From an uncultured Planctomycetales bacterium (GTDB lineage: Bacteria; Omnitrophota; Gorgyraeia; Zapsychrales; JAHFFX01), in the NCBI GenBank assembly GCA_964464475.1, contig CAYXGG010000004.1, positions 4,940 through 68,939 on the forward strand: 64,000 nucleotides of DNA, written 5' to 3'. The notes under the pieces were generated by a model. It was not told the origin of the DNA. It ran no database searches and saw only the letters and a program-made list of their open reading frames with translations. Position 1 is the first letter of the stretch; each line of letters begins with the position of its first letter. Below, piece after piece: positions 48,775 to 57,634 of the stretch. The translations under genes were made by a program, and so were the position numbers.

Positions 48775-50276
48775 GATTTTCGACTTTTGACCCTTTCAAA
48801 ATCAATATACCCGTGTTCCGGATCAAGCGAAACGAGTTTAACGAGACATTTCTGGCCGACATCCAAACCCGTTTCCGCGCTAATCACCCGCCCTTCCGCG
48901 GGAATCGATTCGAGCCGGACATAAACACCTTTGGCCGACGCACCGGTTACAATCGCTTCAAAAACTTCCCCAATCCGTTTTCTCAAAAGCATGGCCGCCG
49001 CAACTTTGCGCATAAACCGTTCCACTTTTCTTGCCGATGCGGAACGTTCCGTGCACCAATCAGCAATCGAAGCCAATTCCGTACGCGTATACGGAACCGG
49101 TTCTTTTTCAATCACGGATTTCATCAACCGCTGAATAATCACATCAACGTACCGACGATTAGGTGCGGTGGAATGAGTATAATCCTGAACGGCTAAACCA
49201 AAGTGACCGATCTTGCTTTTATCTGGCTCTGCCAACACATACTCGCCCTGCCCTAACAATTTGATGATGGTTAGAGAAAGGTCCGGAAAATGGTCCGGAT
49301 CTTTTTTACCCTGCGCCAACATGAATTCCGACAACGCCTTAGGGTCCGGATCCTCGGGCAACTGATATCCCAATTCCAAAGCAACGTCTCGAATTCGAGA
49401 CCAACGCTCAGGCACGCGCACAACACGCTGGATCATCGGAATTCCATTGCGTTCCAAAAACCAAACCATTGTGCCATTAGCGGCAATCATAAAATTCTCG
49501 ATCAGAATTCGCGCCGCGTTCTTAACTTTAACAACGAGATCCACCACCGATCCATCCTGCATGATTGGCGAAGCTTCAATCGTTTCCACTTCCAAAGCGC
49601 CTTGCGCCAAACGCCATTGACGCATGCGTTCCGCCGCCTCCGACTGCAACCGAAGCTGTTCCTCTAATCCTTGAATTTTAACTATTTTCTCCGGAACAGG
49701 ACCACGTTCTTCCAGCCATTCTCCGACCGACTCATAAACAAGTTTCGCCTTATTGTGCACCAAAGCGCGAAATACATCCGAACAGCGAACAGATCCATCT
49801 TTTAAAACAAAATATTCCATGACCACCGCCAGGCGATCCTCACCCTCCTTTAGAGACGTCAGCCCGGCGGACAAACGGTCCGGCAGCATGGGAAACACTT
49901 CCACGCCGGTATAAACAGAAGTCCCATTCTGATGCGCATGGCGGTCAGTCGCCGTACTTTTCTCAACGTAAGCATCAACATCGGCAATAGCAACCAAAAC
50001 CCTAATTTCCAAATTAGGCGCTCTTTCCACAAATTCAATCTGGTCCAAATCTTGAGAATCAATATTGTCGATAGAAGACCAGGGCAAGGCCCTTAAATCC
50101 AGCAACTGGGCGCTGCGCGTTTTGACCTCGAGATGATTGGCGGCAAAGCCATGAACCTCCCGGACCACCGCCTGAGAAAAAAGAGGTACAAATCCGTAGT
50201 TAGTCATGGCCTGCAACGCAATCGTGTGCAGATCAATAGAAGAATTTTTTTGTGGTGCTTCACGCATAGCAGTCAT
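48771..50276 (-). CDS. RNB-domain exoribonuclease (RNase II/R family) with S1 domain
   Basis: SIDNIDSQDLDQ, VAIADV, IENFMIAAN and YTHSTAPNRRYVD. Confidence 0.92.
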   Translation of the reverse strand: MTAMREAPQKNSSIDLHTIALQAMTNYGFVPLFSQAVVREVHGFAANHLEVKTRSAQLLDLRALPWSSIDNIDSQDLDQIEFVERAPNLEIRVLVAIADVDAYVEKSTATDRHAHQNGTSVYTGVEVFPMLPDRLSAGLTSLKEGEDRLAVVMEYFVLKDGSVRCSDVFRALVHNKAKLVYESVGEWLEERGPVPEKIVKIQGLEEQLRLQSEAAERMRQWRLAQGALEVETIEASPIMQDGSVVDLVVKVKNAARILIENFMIAANGTMVWFLERNGIPMIQRVVRVPERWSRIRDVALELGYQLPEDPDPKALSEFMLAQGKKDPDHFPDLSLTIIKLLGQGEYVLAEPDKSKIGHFGLAVQDYTHSTAPNRRYVDVIIQRLMKSVIEKEPVPYTRTELASIADWCTERSASARKVERFMRKVAAAMLLRKRIGEVFEAIVTGASAKGVYVRLESIPAEGRVISAETGLDVGQKCLVKLVSLDPEHGYIDFERVKSRKS

Positions 50277-50419
50277 GATACAAAAAGATTTCGCAAGAAC
50301 TATTTAAGTCCCTCAATAAACAGGGAAACAACGCTTCATTATAGAAGAATTTCTCGTGCGAGGGCTGATTCCCTTAATTATTTTCTTTACACGCCTTTTC
50401 CTTACCAAAGATTGCAAGG

Positions 50420-50491
50420 AAGGCGGTACCTGCCCAAGGCAGGCCTTTTTTCTCTGGGGAAAAGGCAGTACCTGCCCGTCCGGCAGGCGGG
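50420..50491. repeat. Two related palindromic units (REP-like)
   Basis: aaggc(g/a)gtacctgccc at 50420-50435 and 50462-50477, with hairpins cctgcc-caa-ggcagg and cctgcc-cgtcc-ggcagg. Confidence 0.55.
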
Positions 50492-50524
50492 TTGACTTCC
50501 TCAATATCATTAGAAGAGAAAAGG

Positions 50525-51154
50525 TCAATAAGAATAATTCATCCACAATCCGATCAAACCAACCGCTTTTTCAAACGCCAGACTAATCGGCATTTTCTCG
50601 CGCGACAGCGAAGGTTCAATGGCATCAAGCTTCAAACTGAATTCGTTCATAAAAGGCGCTTCGACTCCCGAGGCAACAATGTCTTGAGCTCGAGAACATG
50701 CCTGCGGGAAATTTTCTTTTAAAGGACGGCAAGTCATAAACTCCTCTCGTCCATATTTATTAAGTCGCGTGGAAAAACCGAACAAACGGCACAACATCGG
50801 CCGCAGCTCATACTGCGAACAGCGTCCCTTTCCAGAAACTTTCTCATCAGCAACATAAAACCGACAAACACTCTGTTGGTCCACCAAACCCTGATTTGGC
50901 CAATCAGTACCCTCGCGTAAATAATAATCAAACGCGAGTGGCAGCATTTCCAAAACCGTCGCCTCAATGTGCGGATTTTCGCAGCACTGACCGCAACCCG
51001 ATAAGCAGGACATACCAATCGCACCTTGAAAACGCTCCGAAACCTGGTTAACTTCCTTAAATAACCTGAGTACGGAAAAAATATTCCTGCGTCGCAGGCG
51101 AGGAATTCTTCTAAGTTCGCGTAACTGTGTGAATAGCAAAGTCGCCATAGTCAA
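50525..51154 (-). CDS. YkgJ-family zinc/iron-chelating cysteine-cluster protein
   Basis: CLSGCGQCC, VCRFY and GRCSQYELRPMLCRLFG. Confidence 0.85.
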   Translation of the reverse strand: MTMATLLFTQLRELRRIPRLRRRNIFSVLRLFKEVNQVSERFQGAIGMSCLSGCGQCCENPHIEATVLEMLPLAFDYYLREGTDWPNQGLVDQQSVCRFYVADEKVSGKGRCSQYELRPMLCRLFGFSTRLNKYGREEFMTCRPLKENFPQACSRAQDIVASGVEAPFMNEFSLKLDAIEPSLSREKMPISLAFEKAVGLIGLWMNYSY

Positions 51155-51156
51155 TG

Positions 51157-52230
51157 CTACAAAGACTGTAAAATTGCCGTGGTGCCAAACTCCCGACGGT
51201 TACGCAAGAAGCGCAATTCGACTTTGTCGCCCTCTTTTTTCTTATCCTCCAGATAAGCGGTAAGATCATCATTATTCTTAACCGGTTTACCGTCAACTGC
51301 CGTAATGATATCTCCTAAAAATATTGCCCCAAATTGATTTCGACGCGTCCCGCGCAACCCGGCTCGTTCGGCCCCTGAGCCAGGAAGCACTTCTAATAAC
51401 AGCGCGCCTTCCAGTCCCAATCGTTTTCGAATATGATCCGGCACCAGCGCCCCACCCAAACCGATGCGCTTGACCTTACCATATTGGATTAACTGCGGCA
51501 CGACCCGCTTGACCACATTAACCGGAATCGCAAACCCGATTCCAGCCGAAGTACCCGTGGGGGAATAAATAGCCGTTGAGACGCCGATTAACTCTCCTGA
51601 AGAATCTAGCAGCGGCCCGCCGGAATTACCCGGATTGATAGCCGCATCACTCTGGATCACATCATGAATCTTACGTCCGGTCATGGATTTAATCGACCGA
51701 CCCAAAGCGCTGACCACCCCCGTCGTTAAGGAATAGTCCAACCCAAACGGATTACCTATGGAAATTACATTCTGTCCGACTTTGAGATCCTCCGAACTAC
51801 CAATCTTAACAGGCTTAATCAATTCGCGCGGAGCGTCAATTTTCAAGACAGCTAAGTCATGATCCGGAGAAAATCCCACAATCTGTGCGGGATAAGTTTT
51901 TTGATCAGCCAACGTGACCTCAATACGATCCGCTTGGTAGATCACGTGAAAATTGGTGACAATATGGCCTTGCTCATCCCAAAAAAATCCGGACCCGGCG
52001 CCTTGAGGCACTTCGTAGACTTCCGCCGAGAACCAGTCCCATTGCAAGGAAGCATTTTTAATAAAAGCGACGGACGGAGAAACTGTTTCAAACAACTGAA
52101 TCGTCTTTTTTTCTTCAGCTGACAACTCACCGGCGCAGGCAACACTGGAAGTCAATAAGCACAGCCCAAGCCCCACCATCCACATGAAAAACTTACATCG
52201 ACTATTTCTTTTTTGGAATTCTGATAACAA
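51157..52230 (-). CDS. HtrA/DegP-family serine protease (one PDZ)
   Basis: GAGSGF, TNFHV, DLAVL, IQSDAAINPGNSGGPL and a C-terminal PDZ. Confidence 0.95.
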   Translation of the reverse strand: MLSEFQKRNSRCKFFMWMVGLGLCLLTSSVACAGELSAEEKKTIQLFETVSPSVAFIKNASLQWDWFSAEVYEVPQGAGSGFFWDEQGHIVTNFHVIYQADRIEVTLADQKTYPAQIVGFSPDHDLAVLKIDAPRELIKPVKIGSSEDLKVGQNVISIGNPFGLDYSLTTGVVSALGRSIKSMTGRKIHDVIQSDAAINPGNSGGPLLDSSGELIGVSTAIYSPTGTSAGIGFAIPVNVVKRVVPQLIQYGKVKRIGLGGALVPDHIRKRLGLEGALLLEVLPGSGAERAGLRGTRRNQFGAIFLGDIITAVDGKPVKNNDDLTAYLEDKKKEGDKVELRFLRNRREFGTTAILQSL

Positions 52231-52825
52231 GGGTCTCTCCTTCCTGGGACGTTTTTACGGCTTTTGTGTCCGCGTCAAGGGGTAAAGGAATTGTTTTGTG
52301 AAATTTACCAAAGCTCCTGGAACTGTAATGACCATCAGGACTTTTCTCTTCTTCCTGGCTCGAATATTCCCCGCTCACGGACAGAGAATGTTCATTAATC
52401 TCGACGTCAACCTTATCTTTATTCAAACCCCGCAAATCCACCACCGCCTCATAGCCTTCCGGCGTTTCCTTCAAATCTACGGTAGCATCACCAAATACCT
52501 GAATTCCCCCTGAAGGAAGGGCAGGAAAAGCGGGCGCTCCCCGCAATGTTTCTCCGAAAACCTTATCCATTTCGCGACGCAATTTTTCCATTTCTGCAAA
52601 AGGATCACGACTATGCTTAAGCCGATCATAGGGACTAACCGGCCCTTGCGCTGCCTGTGCGGCCGCTTTTTCAGCTTCCAATTCCGCGACCCGATTCTTT
52701 AATTCTTCTACTTGTTTTTTTAATCGCTCAACCTCTTCTTCCGCTTGCAAAGAACAAGGCAAAGCCATCATCCCGGCCACCAGCAGAAAAACCAACCATA
52801 CTCCAATCTTTAAGTTTTTGTTCAT
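52202..52825 (-). CDS. Hsp20/alpha-crystallin protein with signal peptide and coiled coil
   Basis: VDLKETPEGYEAVVDLRG...SFGKFHKTIPLP...TLVIRIPK. Start MNKN at 52825 with an aggagg SD. Confidence 0.85.
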   Translation of the reverse strand: MNKNLKIGVWLVFLLVAGMMALPCSLQAEEEVERLKKQVEELKNRVAELEAEKAAAQAAQGPVSPYDRLKHSRDPFAEMEKLRREMDKVFGETLRGAPAFPALPSGGIQVFGDATVDLKETPEGYEAVVDLRGLNKDKVDVEINEHSLSVSGEYSSQEEEKSPDGHYSSRSFGKFHKTIPLPLDADTKAVKTSQEGETLVIRIPKKK

Positions 52826-52883
52826 AGGACCTCCTTTGATTATTGGACTCTTTCGCAAGAAAAAGACAATGTGAAAATCAACA

Positions 52884-54236
52884 CTAACCTAATACTTTTC
52901 GGTATGGCTTGATCGGCGCAACCTCACAGGTCCCACAAGCTTCTTTTTCTTCCATACATAAATACAAATAGACACCCGGAGCCCGCTGGCTTAGCCAATC
53001 TTTCATGTGGCCGTACATGGCCGTCCTGACCGCGAAAGGATAACGAAACTTTCCGTCATGACCAACGATGAATTCCTCGTCCAGCAGTCGCGTTTCCGGA
53101 AACCGATTCTCCATCATTTTCTTTAAAGCGGGTGTCATTCGCAACGTCCCCAAGCTAAGCCACGCCACGCGACGGGAATCAATACGATTAAAAATCTTCT
53201 CAACCAAATTCCGATACGCGGTTTCCCAACCAACAAAATATATCATCGGATCAAAATGAAAAGCGACCTTATATCCGGCGGCCACACAGCGCTCCGCCGC
53301 CGCCAAGCGTTCATCGAGCGACGCGGTAAAATGCTCCACGGTCGTAATAACCTCCGGAGGATTCATCGACCAAGAAACAATGATATTGTCTCCCGGAGAA
53401 ACTTTTAACAAATTGTCCACGTTATCGCTTTTAGTTTTGAACTCAAAACTGCTGCCCGGATGACCTTTAAAGAATTCAACAATCCGCGATGAAAATCCGG
53501 TGAGGTGATCAAAAATCAAAGAATCCGTAATTTCTCCCGAGCCCATACGGATATTCTCTTTGTAGCTGGCAAACTGTGTAAAAAAATCTTCCAAGTTAGC
53601 AGGTTGCAGAATGCCCGGCGAATTAAGATAGTCCTGCAAGTAACAATACGCGCAATCAAAGGCGCAACCGCTTCCCAAATTAACCACTTCATACCCGCAA
53701 TGCACGGATTTGTGCGAACAAGCGCACTTTTTATAAAAGTCATAATTCTCTCGCACAATAAAAAAATTATCCAAACGCGCATTGTAATCATGACCCGAAA
53801 AGCTCTGCTCACGGACATATTCTTTGTACGATGAGATGATCTCAAATTGAATAGCCGGAAATCGTTGCGGCAATTCTTGAACCCAAGGAATAGATTGGAC
53901 TGATTCTTCGACTAAAAATCTTTTAGGGAAAAATTTCATTTGCGGAAAGCGTGGCGTCAAGTTCACCCGCAACTCATCACGAATGTCCAGTTCTGGAAAA
54001 ACCTGTTGTCGTCGCTGCGCTTCCGACAAGGTAGGATACCGACGTTTCAGCAAATACGCTTTCAGCGCATCGAAATGCCCTGCGGTCTCCGGCGCTTCAG
54101 CCAACACTTTTCTCACTTCGCGTCCTTCACGCTTAGCGATTTCAAACACTAATCGCGAAACCTGATTGCGCTTATTCACGCCAAAATGCGGATACGCCGC
54201 CGTCACCAAATCAATAATCCTTTGTGCATCAACCAT
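52884..54236 (-). CDS. Spore photoproduct lyase-like radical SAM protein
   Basis: GCAFDCAYCYLQ, GEITDSL, EFKTKS, WSMNP and FHFDP. Start likely MVDA at 54236. Confidence 0.82.
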   Translation of the reverse strand: MVDAQRIIDLVTAAYPHFGVNKRNQVSRLVFEIAKREGREVRKVLAEAPETAGHFDALKAYLLKRRYPTLSEAQRRQQVFPELDIRDELRVNLTPRFPQMKFFPKRFLVEESVQSIPWVQELPQRFPAIQFEIISSYKEYVREQSFSGHDYNARLDNFFIVRENYDFYKKCACSHKSVHCGYEVVNLGSGCAFDCAYCYLQDYLNSPGILQPANLEDFFTQFASYKENIRMGSGEITDSLIFDHLTGFSSRIVEFFKGHPGSSFEFKTKSDNVDNLLKVSPGDNIIVSWSMNPPEVITTVEHFTASLDERLAAAERCVAAGYKVAFHFDPMIYFVGWETAYRNLVEKIFNRIDSRRVAWLSLGTLRMTPALKKMMENRFPETRLLDEEFIVGHDGKFRYPFAVRTAMYGHMKDWLSQRAPGVYLYLCMEEKEACGTCEVAPIKPYRKVLG

Positions 54237-55161
54237 GAAAAAACTCCCGGCATTGATCTTCAATCCAGACCAATTCCTGATCCGTCAATTCCCACCGTAA
54301 AGATTCCAGATTATGCACCAGCTGAGCTGGTTTGCGACAGCCCACCAGAACACTGGTCACACCGGATTGCTGCCGCACCCAATTAATCGCGACTTGAGCC
54401 AGAGGACGATTTAAACTCTTTAACGCCCCCAGAAACGCCTGCACATTAGTAAACACGTCGCCAGCATAATGTGGATAAAAAAACTGCCGCACGTCTGAAC
54501 CGCTAAATTGCGGCACTTGAGCATATTTGCCGCTTAAAATCCCTCCGGCAAGCGCCCCATAAGCCAGAAATCCCTTCTTAGATTCCCGGGCATAGCCTAA
54601 TCTTTCTGATTGAGTTTTTCTTTCCAGTAGTGATAGTTGCTCTTGCTGAGTCACAATTTTCTCTTCGAGAGAAACTGAACGCAATAACTCCACCGAAAAA
54701 TTACAGACTCCAATATACCTAATCTTTCCCTCAACTTGCAAGTCTCTTAACGCCGCCAGGCTCTCCGCGAAAGGAGTCGCCGGATCAGGCCAATGACACT
54801 GATATAAATCAATATAATCCATCCGCAATCGCTTTAAACTAGCTTCTACTTCTTGCCGAATAGACTCTGGCTTTAAACTATGAATAACTCGCGGCCCGCG
54901 CAACACCAAGCCACATTTCGTAGCCACGATCCATTTGTCCCGTCGGCCTTGTAAAGCATAGCCAATGACTTCTTCCGCTTTACCAAATCCATACACCGGC
55001 GCCGTATCAATCAAATTAATACCTTGTTCCTGAGCGCAATGAATAGCCTGGATGCTGTCCTGGTCGTTGGCGCCCCCCCAAAACTTGCCGCCGAAAACCC
55101 AGCTACCCAGACCTATCGAAGAGACATCTAACTCTGTATTGGGAAGGGAGTTGTAATTCAC
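54229..55161 (-). CDS. Aldo/keto reductase
   Basis: IDTAPVYG, ATKCG, SLKRLRMDYIDLYQCHWPD and GKIRYIGV. Confidence 0.95.
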   Translation of the reverse strand: MNYNSLPNTELDVSSIGLGSWVFGGKFWGGANDQDSIQAIHCAQEQGINLIDTAPVYGFGKAEEVIGYALQGRRDKWIVATKCGLVLRGPRVIHSLKPESIRQEVEASLKRLRMDYIDLYQCHWPDPATPFAESLAALRDLQVEGKIRYIGVCNFSVELLRSVSLEEKIVTQQEQLSLLERKTQSERLGYARESKKGFLAYGALAGGILSGKYAQVPQFSGSDVRQFFYPHYAGDVFTNVQAFLGALKSLNRPLAQVAINWVRQQSGVTSVLVGCRKPAQLVHNLESLRWELTDQELVWIEDQCREFFHG

Positions 55162-55247
55162 TTTGCCTTAGAAAATGTTATACTGCTGGCTGTCAATTGC
55201 ATCCAAAAATCAAGGCATGATTTTAGCATAAGAACGAAAGAAACCCC

Positions 55248-55967
55248 ATGACCAACTTTACCCAGCTATTTGGTATCAAACCAACCCAATGTCAGAAAAC
55301 CTGCATACTTTTCCCTTTTTTGACCCGTACGATCAAAGACGTTTTGGGAGAAAGAAACTGGTATCACGGAAAACGTTTTTCCTGCGCGCAAATGGAATCC
55401 GCGACGATTATCCATACGCGTGTGGGAGCCGCGAATGTGGGAGACGCCGTGTTGTACCTGAAAGAAACTTCTGCGCGAAGAGTTATTTTAGCTGGAGCGT
55501 GTGGGGCCGTAAGCCGCTCAGCCGGATTCAAACTAGGAGATTTAGTGACTTTCTCTAAAGCCTATAATTTTGAAAGTTTCTCGCAGCTACTTTCTCCCAC
55601 CTTTAAAGGACTAAAGGCAGTCCCAGCGAATCTTACGATGTTGGCACAATTTGTAGAAAGCACCCGTTCCCATAAAGTCTCTGTTGTCACCGCCGCCACT
55701 TTTGGTTCTATTCTTTTAGAGGAAAATTACATCAACAGACTGCAACGATTAAGAATTACGGCTATCGACATGGAAGGGTCCGCTTTCTTTGCAGCGGCAA
55801 AACATAACAACATTGACGCGCTGGCGGTATGTTTTATTAGTGACATCCTTAAATATCGTCCGATTTTTTCATCACGCTCCGAAAAAGAAAGAATTCTTCT
55901 GAATAACGCACAGAAGAATTTAACGCTGACCCTACTGGATTTTACAAAAAATCTTTCTCCCCATTAA
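55248..55967 (+). CDS. Nucleoside phosphorylase-family protein
   Basis: ILAGACGAV, KLGDLV, AIDMEGSAFF and ISD. Confidence 0.75.
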   Translation: MTNFTQLFGIKPTQCQKTCILFPFLTRTIKDVLGERNWYHGKRFSCAQMESATIIHTRVGAANVGDAVLYLKETSARRVILAGACGAVSRSAGFKLGDLVTFSKAYNFESFSQLLSPTFKGLKAVPANLTMLAQFVESTRSHKVSVVTAATFGSILLEENYINRLQRLRITAIDMEGSAFFAAAKHNNIDALAVCFISDILKYRPIFSSRSEKERILLNNAQKNLTLTLLDFTKNLSPH

Positions 55968-57049
55968 TCATGGCTAACTGTCGTTGTGCCGACCATACCT
56001 AAGAATTCACCCCCTATAGAAAACCGCGGCACACCTAATTCAGAAACACGACGATATTCTCCATCGGAGCGTTTCAATCTAAATTCGGCTTCATAATTCT
56101 TTTTTCCTTGAATAGCATCCCGGTACGCCGCTAAACAAGACGACAAATCTTCGGTATGAACAGATTCGCTCCAACCATCTCCAAGCTCATGCAGCATTTT
56201 TCTTCCCGTAAAGTTCTGCCATCGATGATTAAAAAAGGACCGACCTCCATCCGGGTTAGACATCCAGATCATAATCGGAGCTGAATCCGCCAATATCCTG
56301 AATCGGGCCTGACTTTCTTTAAGCATTTCTAAATCCCGTTTGCGTTGCAGTTCAAACTGATAGGCAGACTTTCTTAATAAATAAACGCCAAATCCAACCC
56401 CGATAGAAACTAAAAGCGGTGGGATAACGGCTGAAAGTACTTTTCGTTGCAACTCAGCCAATTGCTGTTGGAACCGGCTAGCCAAGATATCAACGCTCGC
56501 AACACCGACTTGTTTGCCTTGAGCGTTATAAATCGGCACATGACCGCTGTAAAAAGTCCCCCATTTGTCCTGATAAGGTTGTCGAGAAACTACAGGACGA
56601 TTATCCTTTAGGGCCATCATCATATCCGGATCAACATCCGGATATATTTCCCAAAGATAAGAATGGTCATCAACTCCATCCTGATCGCTATCTCCGGGGA
56701 GGGCCGCGTCCAAAATAAAATAAGTAACGCCGTCTTTAATTGTGGTGGAATAAATATATTTCACATCAGGAATTGACAACAGCAGCTTCCTGAGAGGGGA
56801 AATTAAATCCTGGTAAGCAGGCGTTGCTTCCTGATCTGCGGAGACTAGCCGCTCATGGGCATCGCCATCGATTTGGCTGGCGACCCCATGAGCGATTCCG
56901 ATTAAATAGTTCTTAAATTGATAAACAAAAGCTTCGGTGACTTGCCGATAAAGCAAGAAAGTATTAAAACAAATCAACGCCACCAATAAGCTAGACAAGA
57001 CAAGTGCGTCGCGTAGAGGGTGTATTCGAAATTTGAGGTTTGAGCCCAT
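55964..57049 (-). CDS. Membrane sensor: TM-Cache-like-TM-PAS/PAC, no output domain
   Basis: PYQDKWGTFYSGHVPI extracytoplasmic motif and a PAS domain RFRILADSAPIMIW...EFRLKRSDGEYR. Confidence 0.8.
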   Translation of the reverse strand: MGSNLKFRIHPLRDALVLSSLLVALICFNTFLLYRQVTEAFVYQFKNYLIGIAHGVASQIDGDAHERLVSADQEATPAYQDLISPLRKLLLSIPDVKYIYSTTIKDGVTYFILDAALPGDSDQDGVDDHSYLWEIYPDVDPDMMMALKDNRPVVSRQPYQDKWGTFYSGHVPIYNAQGKQVGVASVDILASRFQQQLAELQRKVLSAVIPPLLVSIGVGFGVYLLRKSAYQFELQRKRDLEMLKESQARFRILADSAPIMIWMSNPDGGRSFFNHRWQNFTGRKMLHELGDGWSESVHTEDLSSCLAAYRDAIQGKKNYEAEFRLKRSDGEYRRVSELGVPRFSIGGEFLGMVGTTTVSHD

Positions 57050-57202
57050 TATCGTACCTAGACGGTTTCAAAAATTAACAAAATACTGGCCAAAGACTTA
57101 AGCAATCAGCATCATCAAAATATTTCTATCTGCTTGACGACGATCTAGCGTAATGTCACTTTCAACATTCTGATCCTTCACCGGAAGAAAAAACTAATTC
57201 CT

Positions 57203-57634
57203 TTATTCACCGATATGATCTTTGATGCAATCAACTATCTCTTTGACAGTGACTGGCTTTGCTAGAAACGCTTCTCCGCCAATCAAACCGCCCCGTTGTT
57301 TAACTTCCTCCAAAGTCACCGTGGCGGTTAAAAAAACTATCGGGACCTTAGCAAGCGAAGGCTCCTCTCGAATTTGCCGCACTATCTCCGAAACATCTCC
57401 ATTGGGCATGATCACATCAAGAAAAATCATTTCCGGCTTAAACGCCTTCGCGACCCGAAATGCCTGCAAGGCGTTATTTTCAGTACAAACTTCAAACTTC
57501 TTGGTGGCTTCCAGGTTGATTTTATACATCCTGGTTAAACTCTCTTCGTCGTCCACCATGAGAATCTTTCTTCTTGGGTTTAATGAATCTTGGGATGTGT
57601 TCGCCTTAGGGTTTTGGAAAGGAAATGATGACAC
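57203..57634 (-). CDS. Single-domain response regulator
   Basis: ILMVDDE, IFLDVIMP, FLTA and LAKP. Confidence 0.92.
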   Translation of the reverse strand: MSSFPFQNPKANTSQDSLNPRRKILMVDDEESLTRMYKINLEATKKFEVCTENNALQAFRVAKAFKPEMIFLDVIMPNGDVSEIVRQIREEPSLAKVPIVFLTATVTLEEVKQRGGLIGGEAFLAKPVTVKEIVDCIKDHIGE

